Shown piece by piece: positions 10,006-20,470 of a stretch of 64,000 nucleotides of DNA (its first letter is position 1; the number at the start of each line of letters is the position of its first letter). The notes under the pieces were generated by a model. That model was not told the DNA's origin. It saw nothing but the letters and a program-made list of their open reading frames with translations, and did not search any database. Source of the stretch: Oculina patagonica (lineage: Eukaryota); the NCBI RefSeq assembly GCF_052425735.1, contig NC_135771.1, positions 5,828,001 to 5,892,000 on the forward strand, in the 5' to 3' direction. Made by a program: the position numbers and the translations under genes.

Positions 10006-11025
10006 TCAACGTTTTTCCATCTCTTCTACTTGAAGCATGCTAGTTGTACCTGTTCTCGTTCTATTATCTGTACAACTTTGATTGATATTTTCGTTGCCAA
10101 GACGACCACAACTTATTGCCTTTTTAAAGGCCAGTTTGAACTGCGGGTTCATAATTCCGTAGATAATGGGATTTGCCAGGCTGCTGGAGAACATCAGGTA
10201 GATAACTACCGTATAGACCTCCCTTGGAATAACACCCCCAGCGGTCTCGATAATAACAACTATCGATACCGGACCCCATGTCATCAAAAAGACACAGACC
10301 ACGGTAAAAGTAGTCTTCAGTAGTTTCATATCAGTACGGTGAGAATTTGAAGTACCGACGCCATTTTCTGTGTCATGAGCATTTACATTTCGCGTACTTT
10401 CTTTCACCGTTTTGTAGATTTTGTAATAGAAATAAAATATTGCGGCTGTGGTTCCGTTAACGACTACGCCTGCGGTCAATATGGCGTATGAAATGTGCTC
10501 GATTTGCCAGTTGAAAGTGCAAACAAAGAACTTCTTATGATAAGCCATCTTCCCCCATCCGTACAACGGCGGCGTAGCCAAAAGTATTGCAATCAGCCAG
10601 ACAAGAAGACAGTATAACCGAGCCGCTCTTTTACTGGCGAATAGCTTGCTGTACAAGGCTGGTTTCACGACTTTTATATATCGGTTCAGAGCAATTAGGC
10701 CCATGTTAAGAATGGAAGCCATACCCAAGGTAAACTGTATTGATGCGGAGACTTCACACCACTTTTGGCTAAAACTCCACGTTCCCGTGTACATGCTCAC
10801 TACCCAGAACGGCATGTGAAGCGTTGCCATGGAGATGTCAGTCAGCGCCAAATTGTGAATAAAAATGTTCGTGATACTTTTGAGCCTGGAGTCTTTATAG
10901 ATAACATAAACCACCAGCAAATTGCCAAGCGTGGAAATGAGGCAGATTAGAATGGCCATGGTCACCTCGACACCAATTTCAGCAAGTGATCGACCGAGAG
11001 GATCTTGGGATGCTGATTGAGACAT
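10006..11025 (-). CDS. Rhodopsin-family (class A) GPCR, single coding exon, melatonin/amine-receptor-like orphan
   Basis: 339 aa, seven hydrophobic segments, GN, NLALTD, LNRY, TWGP, NPIIY, FKLAF helix 8; splice-acceptor-like TTTTAG just upstream of the ATG. Confidence 0.92.
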   Translation of the reverse strand: MSQSASQDPLGRSLAEIGVEVTMAILICLISTLGNLLVVYVIYKDSRLKSITNIFIHNLALTDISMATLHMPFWVVSMYTGTWSFSQKWCEVSASIQFTLGMASILNMGLIALNRYIKVVKPALYSKLFASKRAARLYCLLVWLIAILLATPPLYGWGKMAYHKKFFVCTFNWQIEHISYAILTAGVVVNGTTAAIFYFYYKIYKTVKESTRNVNAHDTENGVGTSNSHRTDMKLLKTTFTVVCVFLMTWGPVSIVVIIETAGGVIPREVYTVVIYLMFSSSLANPIIYGIMNPQFKLAFKKAISCGRLGNENINQSCTDNRTRTGTTSMLQVEEMEKR

Positions 11026-11731
11026 TGTGTGAAGCTGGTTAGAAAGGTTGTCAGTCTGAAACTAAAAATTTAATAAATATTAATTTATATTGATAAGATA
11101 ATTTTAATTTAGAAGTGGCAGTTGGTAAAACGGAGTTCTATCTAAGGACATTATCAACTAACGATTTTCAAAATGGCGGCCTGCCATCTTGAAAAGCGGA
11201 GAAGACGCTGGAGACGAGGATGGGACAATGTCCTTCATTGTCCGTCAAAGACATTTCCATCCCCAGAGCCGCTTGCCTTCTTAGCCGGCGAGGTCTGGGG
11301 TACGAGGTTTTGAATAGCTAGATTTTTAACATACAGAATTTAACGTAGTTATTCAAATCAACCGTAGTAAAATCTCTTACAACAAAGGGATTCTACTTAC
11401 TCTTTTTGGGACAGGCGATCCTGGGGACGAGAATGCGACAGTTTATCCTGAACATTCAGTCCAAATGGAGGAAATACTTTGTGTCCGTTCGTGAAGATGC
11501 TCTGAAACGGCTTAACTGTGTATTTTCCACTTTTAAAAAAGTTATGTTTTCATGCTTACTTTATCTTTTTTAACATTTTCCTTGTCCTGTTAAGACCATT
11601 AACAAGCTGGGCTATTGTTGATCGGTTTTAAAACTTTTTTTGTTAAATGTAATTTCTTTCCCCACTCCCGTTTCGATAATATTTTGATAACTGACGAAAT
11701 ATGCAGTTTTCATTTATGGTTACCGGTACAT

Positions 11732-12014
11732 TAGAGCAGTTTTCAGCCGAGTGTTTTAAAACCACAACCAAAATAATCACTCTAGGCAATCACAAAGGAC
11801 ACAGACAATCAAGTAAACCAATCAAAACTCGAAGCAAAAACATGTAGCCGGCACGAAGCGCGGGAAAACGTGCGCGAGCGATTCATCACTGGTTTTGGTT
11901 TTACTTCTGATTGGCTCAGAAATTGGCGCGAGAGTTTTACACCAATCACCAAGTGTAGTTATGCAAAACCAATGAAAACGCGAATTACTTCGACACTCAC
12001 GTGAAAACCGTTCT
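11732..12014. mobile_element. CCAAT-rich MITE family copy (other copies about 31664-31895 and 40980-41240)
   Basis: Termini TAGAGCAGTTTTCA...TGAAAACCGTTCTA; shared internal CCAATCAAAACTCGAAGCAA...GCGGGAAAACG. Confidence 0.75.
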
Positions 12015-15000
12015 ATTGAGATGAACAATTGTTTTACGGCATGGTTAATTCTGTATTTTTATACTACTAGAACGGGATGCAAAAGCTTGGCTTGGCGAAC
12101 TTAGTTAAGGCACGTCAAGAAGGATTAATAATTTGCTTCTTGTTGAAAGTCGTTTAATAATTTTTTTTCAGCTAGTGTTGATCAGCTGGTGTCTTTTTTC
12201 AATTGATCTGAGTATGTTTACTTTCCGAAATCATTTTTAATCATCTTGGCTCACTGATTGAATGACACCTACACTAAGAAAGACTAAAATTATAATTTTA
12301 CATGTAAAGATCTACAGAAACTAATTTGAAAAAATGGAGTTCCGTTTGTTTTTAGAAAAGTATATTATCGTATATTTAAGCGGTCAATATCTTGTTTATC
12401 AAACATTGAAATCATAACGTTTAATTTTGTTCCACAATACCAGGGCAAAATTCGTGTTGCCAGTAAGTTTGTGCAGGAAATACATAAATCCTAAAACTCG
12501 AAACTTTCACTGCGAAAATATTCACAAAAACTTTCTTACTGCTATTATATGGTATTTTTAATGGCTTTACATGATTGAACTCTCAAAAAAAAATTTTTAA
12601 TTTCGTCTCGTCTACCGATATACCCATTTTTAACATGTTTTAATTGAATAAACTATACACCATTTTTTAAAACGGCGGTCGAATGCGCGATCGAGGGCAA
12701 ATAAATTCTAAGCTAACCTGACTCAGTGAATGGCATGGCCTACTTGTATTAACAGAAGTCACAAAAATATGAAATGACTAAGAGAGAGAAGGGCCAAAAT
12801 TCACGGCTTTCAACCATTTGATGGAAACTACAATTTTAGCCCTAAAATCCATGATCCAGAAAGCGTATTTTTCATCTGTTATGCAAACAGAATAACTACA
12901 CTACCTTTTCAAACTCCACAAATTGTAAACTTATCAGACATTGATGCTGAAATATAACTGATTCCTTTTCCAGGCGCTTTTGTTAAAATAGAAGTCCAGC
13001 AAAATATCAAGGTTATTATTCGAATAGAGAACATATCGTTTGAGTATGAAACGTTATGTGACCCTGTAAAAATGTGTAACTATAATTTGTTTTGTTCGTA
13101 TCATCTTTTAAATGAAATTCTTGAACAGGTTAAAAAAATCTTAGTGCTGGAACAATTTACATTTTATCTTAACATGTTAACTTACAATTGTGCTCACCTT
13201 GAAATGATGCAATCGATTTTTAACACTTGTCCTTCGAGATTGTGCGCGCAAAATTGAAGTACCAAGAAGCGGATCTGAAGCAAACTTACGTTTGTAGTGG
13301 GTCTTCTGGAAGCAGAGCGAATTTTAAAGCTCTTAGTAAGCGGGTGGAAACCTTTGAAGGCAAAGCAGCTGCAAATTTACTTTGATATCTTAGCCGCAAC
13401 ACATTTAAGGGTGCCTGTAACGAAGAAACAAACAGAGCAAATATCACCAAATATCACAGTCGCCGACAATTATAAAGGTGAAAATTACACCGCTCATTAT
13501 GTACACAACTGCTGCCATCGGTTTAACTGGTATTAAGATTTGTCTCGTGAAATTTGCTTTATAGATATTCATCTGATATATGAACATAATTGTGTCAATA
13601 TGTATCAGACACGGTAAATTGGAAATATTGCATTGTTATTGCATAATGTTGATAGCAGGAAATATAAATACAAAAATATTATAAAGATAGATTACGGTTT
13701 TCGTAACAGGCGAACAGATGATGAAATATAGATGAGGTGAAACACTTTCAAATTTCCTTTTGAAGTGTAAATTAATTTTTCCATCCTTCTCATCAGTGTC
13801 ATTGTCCTAATTTCTCTTTTTATAATTTTTCACCATACTGTTAAACAAGTTTTATGGAAATGTATACGATAATTGCTCAATAAACGTTTGTTTTACTTAT
13901 GTGGAATCTGGTCGCTGAACAGTTGAGCCCGCAGTCGGGTTGAGCTGCGCGAGTCTTACGGTGCATGCGCAGAAAGATCAGAAAACACAGCTTCACAAGA
14001 CGAACCGCCATTTTGGAACCTTTTACTCTTTATCATTTTTTTGTCCAGGACATTCCGGATTTAATATATCTATAGAGGAGGTAACAAAAATACAATAATT
14101 TGAAAAATATCCATCTCCCTTTCTGCCTAAAAAAGAAACTTCTACCCCACTCATTAACCGCCTCTTATCGCTCTTAGGGACTGTGCAATAATTATCAGGG
14201 AGGGGGGGGGGGGGGAATTGGAAAATGGGCTTCAAGTGGGAAAATATTAGGTTCTTCTAAAGGAGTGAATTCAGTTATTGTCCCCCCTCTGATCAGTCAG
14301 AAATTTTGTATGACCCCCCCCCCCCCTCGCACACTTTTATATACAAATACCCAGCATTTTCTTTTATTGCTATAAGGTAATGTTTGTTCGCAGATATACA
14401 GCAATCATGATTACTTAATGGACATCCGTATCTGGAACAAACATAATCTCGAAGCAGTCTTCCCATGCCAGAAAGAAGAAGGATCAGGAGGGGGGAGCAA
14501 GTGAAGCTCTCTACCCCCCCCCTTTCCGTTTTGCGCTGGTATCCAGTTCTCTCACCGTTCATAAGAGGGCTGTTAACAGTATACCTCATTCATCTGGCGC
14601 AAAATACTAATTAAGTGTCGTGTAAGAGCTGTTTTATGTTTGTTGCTTAGTGGGAGGTGAGTGGATAAACATCTTTTCTTCCGAGGCCATGCATTTTTCA
14701 CTCCAAGTCTACTCCTGTTAATCGGTTTGTTCATCAACAGCTACTTCTCAAGTTTTTCTCTTCGTTTAAAAACTGTTGCGCGGTTACTGAATTCTACAGT
14801 TGGTTAAATTAAAGATCTCTTCGAGATATCGACTTTGTTGCATGAAGTTAGTATGAGTAGAAGGTTTATCCTGGGCATTGTTGTTCGAACATATCATGGA
14901 AGAATTCAAACGTCTTTCAGTTCAAGCATTGGTTTTTATTTTCGCGGAGGAAATGCTGTATTTGTCAGTCGCGACGGCTGGGCGCTTTGCGACTCATATA

Positions 15001-15618
15001 TTTTGGCTTGGTTAAAAATGGTAAACTTTGACGTTTGCCTTTAATCGAAATAGTTGTTTCCTTTCGAGTTAGAAAGATTTCTACTCGGCTTAATGCAGGG
15101 TTCCCGATAAAGGTTACGCACGACAGAGTTACCTTTTTTCTCGTCACGCAATGTTAACCCCACATTGAGAAGTCAATTTTCGTTTGGATATTATTATATA
15201 TATTACTTATTCCTTTCACTAACCAATTAGAACAAACATGCTGATTTTTCGACCAATCAGGAACAAAACCAAATCCAGGCGTGACTTGGCTTTCGCGCGT
15301 TTTCCCGCGCTTAGTACCGGTGCCATGTTTTTGTGACGTCCCGTCCCGTCCCGTCCCATAATGAACCAAATGTTTCACCTGCCAACGGACGTAGCACAAC
15401 AGTTCGTTCACAAAATAATCGTTTTACGCAATGGCGATTTTGCTCATAAGCAGAAGTCAACTAGAATACATTAGCTTCATTGAAAACTCCACACTTATTC
15501 CTTTGAAGGTCTATTCAAAGTCCTTTGGTTATTTCATTATTATGCATGTAAGACATAAATCTCGTGTATCTTCTAGTTAGCATTCACTTGCACGTACATT
15601 CTTGTCTGTGGTCTTTCG

Positions 15619-15766
15619 CAGTGGTGGATCTAGGGGAGGGGCCTATTTTTAGACCTGTAGGGCCGAGAAAAATTATTTTCGAGCCCCCCCCCGCCCCACC
15701 CTTATTCCAGGGTCTGGATGATCGCCCCCCCCCCCCCACTTAGCTGAAGGTCTGGATCCGCCACTG
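15619..15766. mobile_element. Short MITE with CAGTGG.GGATC terminal inverted repeats
   Basis: CAGTGGTGGATC...GATCCGCCACTG, with TTTCG on both sides. Confidence 0.7.
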
Positions 15767-16814
15767 TTTCGTATCTGTTGTGTATTTCTGTGTCAGTATT
15801 TTAATTTGTATCTCATGTCTCTTATTTTGTTTTTGAATATTTTATTGATAATAAAGATTGTTTTGTATTATTTTGTTCACCAAACATGGGTCGTATCATA
15901 CTGAGTCATGGCACCCACGTAACCAAGCGGGGGGTTTGATTAATTACATAGTAATAAAAATCATTCGTTTTTATGTCATGTGTAAAATTAGCATAACCAG
16001 CAATAGCACTCCGCCTTGCAATAGGGCCAAATATGCGATATGGCTAAAATTCCGGGGGGAAGGGTGAAAGAGATGAAGTACTTCTCAAGGAAATTGGAGA
16101 CAGGGAAGTGTTACTGACGCCGTGGGTTAATCCCTCTCCCCAGAAAAAAACCCTATGATAAATGTCAACCCCCAAAATAATCTTGTCTTTCTTTTCCAGC
16201 CCCCCCAAAAATTTCATGAAACGCAAGAAAAGAGTAATCATTTAATTAAACATCAAAAATTCATCGCCAGACAGCATACTGTAATTTTCATATTCCGAAA
16301 CTCCCCTACGTCACACCCGGTGGGAAGGGCGGGGGGGGGGGGGAGGATGTAAAAGCTATAGCCAATGCAACTACACACCCCGCCCCCTCCAATCCCAGTG
16401 TAGAGGAGGTGGGGTGGAAGAGTGGTTGGGTTCATCAAAAGACTTGCAGCGTGGTTGAGTGTAAAGCGTTATTTAATTTGCGGAAATGTTTTTTTCCAAA
16501 TCTGGTAAGATATACTTATAGATATACAGTTTACATGAAAAGAACATTATAACGATTATATCATATTAGAATTGAAGATATGCATAACGGTGCAACGTAT
16601 AATGGTTAAATCGTGTTTGAATAGCGAAGCGCGCAAGGTCTTAAAATAGAATGCAAATGAATACCCCCCCCCCCCCCCCCTCTCTCTCTCCCCCACAAGG
16701 CACAGAAAACAACAACGTGTTCTAAGAGAAATAGAGATAATCTAGGCGAAGTTTTTGTTTTAGTAAAGTGTTTTAGGAACACCGGCTGTTTTAGAAAGTG
16801 TTTTAGGAAAATCG

Positions 16815-16879
16815 TCCGCCATTCTGGTTTGTTTGTCTGAGTCATGACGTCACTCGCGCGCTTCGCTATTGAACACGTG
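16815..16879. promoter_or_regulatory. Motif cluster (YY1-like, AP-1, CRE, E-box) downstream of reductase A; repeated at 20301-20365
   Basis: CCGCCATT, TGAGTCA (16838-16844) abutting TGACGTCA (16845-16852), and CACGTG (16874-16879). Confidence 0.4.
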
Positions 16880-16986
16880 CAGAACGGTGCTATATATTTA
16901 CAATGCAATAAAAAAAACTCGGTCTAAAGTTCTTTAAGTTCTAAAATAATTGACTTAACAAGTTTTGTAGAGTTTGTTAATCGAGA

Positions 16987-18582
16987 TTAGAACTCGAAGA
17001 CTTCTTTGTGAAAGTCAAATGTAACACCTCCACAGCCTGCAGACGAATACTTGGAACACAGTTTCTCGATGCTGTCAACCAAGGAGGTTGGTCCACATGA
17101 TAACACGGCCACACGGTGCTCTCCTTGTTCAGTCGCGCAGCCTTTCATCTTACTGAACAGCTCTGGGAGCTCAGGACGGCCGAATTTTAGATCTGGTTGC
17201 ATCTCTGGACGGATGTTAGCCTCTGCAAACTTGGACGAATCTCGTTCTCTGGTGAGATGGAAGTAATTTTCCATCACCTCGCTTGGCTCGCCTCTCGTGA
17301 CAAGGTCTGGAGTGAAGGACATAGGAAGACGATGATCCGAATTCTGCTGGAAGTATTCCTTGTCGTAGTCAAGTACTGATGTCACCATGAAGAGGTCGCG
17401 GACCGACCAGATGAACATGACCTTCCGGATGTCCCTTCCTCGTCTTCGTTGATGGAGAACGTCGTTGCAGATGGACTGCATAGGGGTGATGCCGATGCCT
17501 CCACTGACGAACATGAACAACTTGTAGCGATCACCATCTACATCTAGGCATGGAGCTCCGTACGGCCCGTCCAAGTAAACATCGATTGGTTTCGTCCTCT
17601 CTACGTAATCGTACAGCCGCTGGGTCCAGTCACCAAGGACGCGGATATGTATAGAGACCATGTTCTCGTGGGGGGAGGAGGACAGGCTGAAGGGATGCCA
17701 TTCAAAATAGGACACGCCTGGTACACAAATGAAGCAGTACTGACCGGATTTGTAGTTGAAATCTCCCTTGAGGAACGTCAGGCGAATGACATTGGAGGGC
17801 AATCTCACGGCCAAAATACTTCGCTGCTTTCGGTTGTTGATAAATGCGATCAGCGCCCGGACTAGTATGTCGAACACCCACAGACCCACCCCGTACAGAA
17901 TCGCTCCGGCGCCATGAGCTATGGCGGCACCAATTGCAAGCAGGAACAGCACCCAGTGTAGTCGATAGAAAGCCTCGAAGATCTTCCGGCGAATAAACCA
18001 GAGGGATAGCAGGCAGAGGCCAGCCATGGAGCCAGTAAGTAGAAGACCCGACGCATCCCACTCTGTGGACACATAACCATGCCAAGCACCAACAATGACA
18101 CTGACATAGGCGCACAGTTTATGCCAAAACAGCGCTCGTTCAAACGGCAGGCCAGTAAACAGCACCCATAGCGAGTTTCTGCAAGCGAAGGCGAATGCCA
18201 GAGCCGGTGCGATGTTAGCAATGGCCCCAGTTCCTTCGCCTTCGTCGTCGTCTAAACCGATCACACCCAACGCCGCGGCGAGTCCGCCGATGAGCAGCAC
18301 AAAAAAAAGCACCTCTCCAAGAACGATGCCAAACAGAAGGCGAGTGTGGAAAATGCTTAGTATCTTCCAGCGGCAGTAGTAATACAGTGGCCAAGGTATC
18401 AAGCGATTCAGCACGGGCGATTCGTACTTGGAATCTTCGTATGCTTTCCATCGCTTAGGAGCTTGTTGTTCGGGGTCTTCCATGCTGAAATGTTCTACAA
18501 CTGCCGGTTGTTGCAGTTGTTGTGGCTCGGCTTGCTCCGTTCGTTCAAGCTGCTTGAACGATACTCTGTAGATCCCTTTCAT
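16987..18582 (-). CDS. Ferric-reductase-domain transmembrane flavocytochrome (FRE/FRO-like, NOX superfamily), copy A, intronless
   Basis: Four heme His in H-x13-H and H-x13-H pairs, RNS..LFTGLPFERALFWH, GQYCFI, EWHPFSLSS (FAD), DGPYG, SGGIGITP (NADPH), FIWSVR, GRP, CGP, C-terminal FHKEVFEF; first ATG at 18582. Confidence 0.9.
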   Translation of the reverse strand: MKGIYRVSFKQLERTEQAEPQQLQQPAVVEHFSMEDPEQQAPKRWKAYEDSKYESPVLNRLIPWPLYYYCRWKILSIFHTRLLFGIVLGEVLFFVLLIGGLAAALGVIGLDDDEGEGTGAIANIAPALAFAFACRNSLWVLFTGLPFERALFWHKLCAYVSVIVGAWHGYVSTEWDASGLLLTGSMAGLCLLSLWFIRRKIFEAFYRLHWVLFLLAIGAAIAHGAGAILYGVGLWVFDILVRALIAFINNRKQRSILAVRLPSNVIRLTFLKGDFNYKSGQYCFICVPGVSYFEWHPFSLSSSPHENMVSIHIRVLGDWTQRLYDYVERTKPIDVYLDGPYGAPCLDVDGDRYKLFMFVSGGIGITPMQSICNDVLHQRRRGRDIRKVMFIWSVRDLFMVTSVLDYDKEYFQQNSDHRLPMSFTPDLVTRGEPSEVMENYFHLTRERDSSKFAEANIRPEMQPDLKFGRPELPELFSKMKGCATEQGEHRVAVLSCGPTSLVDSIEKLCSKYSSAGCGGVTFDFHKEVFEF

Positions 18583-18689
18583 GTTCAAAGCCAGCCAAAA
18601 GCGCTCGTAAAATCCGGCTAAAGTTGTATTGACAAACTAGCGGTTTAATGTTCGGCGCAGAATGTAACGGCCAACCAAAATAACCGTAG

Positions 18690-18695
18690 TTTATA
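18690..18695 (-). promoter_or_regulatory. Candidate TATA box for reductase copy A (conserved in copy B at 22175-22180)
   Basis: TATAAA about 108 bp upstream of the ATG in both duplicates. Confidence 0.4.
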
Positions 18696-19452
18696 ATCTG
18701 TCTTGCCTGTACACTCCAACGCACAAATTTTACTGGCGTGAGTAAATAACAATAAAAAGGATTTGAGCCTTTGTTTCAACGTCGTAGCCTAGCGGCGAAG
18801 GAACATTGTTTTGCAAAACAGTACATAAAAATAATGCTTCCGTCACGGAAACATTATCTCTCTTCGCGACCTTAACCCGGATGTAGAAATTCCAAAAAAT
18901 GTCTTTAGCCGAAAATGTACGGCGAAACAAACCTAAAAATATTGGTATATAGATGCCGATCAAGCAAAAAAGTAAATTTTTTCCGAGACATAGGTCTCTA
19001 CTATGAATTTAGTCTCGACAAAAGACTTAAACAAAGAAAAAAAACACTAATTTGCATGTTATAAATATAAACGTGATTTTATGCACGGAATGGACTTCAA
19101 TGAAAACTGACCTCACATTATTCCGCTTCGAAATTTAATCTTCAGCTTTGACAAACAGTGTTAGTTGCTAAGATATCTATATAAACAGTTTTATTAATAG
19201 TTCATGCATCATTTTTTCAACTCTTTCTTTGCAGTTTACTGACATGTAAACATTGCTTCCATAACTGCCACAGGCACTTTCACTCGTGTTTTTTATATAC
19301 TTATATACACCCATGTTTGCAGTGTTGTTTTTCACATGGTTTTGTCCATGTTTTCAGTGTAAGGATAGTCCTGTCTATTCTCACTTTCCTTATCGAGACG
19401 ACATGATATTTCGAATTCTTGACCTATTGAGTAATAGTCACGCTATGATCAA

Positions 19453-19493
19453 TCTGCTGAAGAGACCCAATCAGGTCGAAACAGCTGTCCAGA
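19453..19493 (+). ncRNA. Type-I hammerhead ribozyme in the spacer between the reductase duplicates
   Basis: UCUG-CUGAAGA-GACC(CAAUCA)GGUC-GAAA-CAGCUG-UC-CAGA: canonical core, paired stems I and II, palindromic stem III. Confidence 0.82.
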
Positions 19494-20470
19494 GTTTGCA
19501 TTGTTTCGTTTCTACGTAGTGTCAGCCTTGCTTATCTTGTCTCCAGACGTCGTCTGTCTTGTCTCTGTATTTTTATTTTTGGCTTATTAGAGCTTCTTTT
19601 TTACTGTGCCATGTACGTCAAGACATTGTTTGGTCTGTTTGCTGCAGAATTTCTTGTTGTGTGACACCATTGCGTCCTAAAAATATTCACAAGTTCAAGT
19701 CGAATATCAGTACCGTATTACCTAGCGCGCGGAAATAACACATAACACATTATTCGTGGTGACAACACACACGATTATTTCCGGGCTTCTAGTGGTAACC
19801 ACAGGTTAGAAAGTGCGGGCTTTGACGCACTTAGAAAAGGTACTGGTACGAGAGTGCGTACTGTTTTACTGTTTTGTGCGTACTGTTTTTTGACGGGGAG
19901 GGGTTGGATGGGGGACGTCAAAAGACTTGCAGCGTGCTTGAGTGTTTAACGTTATATTTAATTTGCAGAAATGCTTTTTTCCAAATCTGGTAAGATATAC
20001 TCATATACGGTTTACATAAAATGACAATTATTACGATTATATATATATATATATCATATAAGGATTGAAGATACGCATAACGGTGCAACATATAACGGTT
20101 AAATCGTGTTTGAATAGCGAAGCGCGCGATGTTTAAAAATAGAATGCAAATGAATACCCACCCCCCCCCCCCTCCTCTCCACGAGGCACAGAAAACAACA
20201 GCGTGTTCGGAGAGAAATAGAGAGAATCTAGGCGAAGTTTTTGTTTTTATAAGGTGCTTTAGGAACACCCGCTGTTTTAGAAAGTGTTGTAGGAAAATTG
20301 TCCGCCATTCTGGTTTGTTTGTCTGAGTCATGACGTCACTCGCGCGCTTCGCTATCAAACACGTGATTAACGGTGAAATATATTTACAAAGAATAAAAAA
20401 ACTAGGTCTAAAGCTCTTTCAAGTACTAAAATAATTGAAGTAACAAGATCTGTCGAGTCTGTTGACTAGA

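Noticed and set aside
10006-11025. Opsin identity for the GPCRs (also 29073-30212)
   Set aside because: The position equivalent to the retinal-binding Lys296 (six residues before the N of NPxxY) is Phe and Gln respectively.
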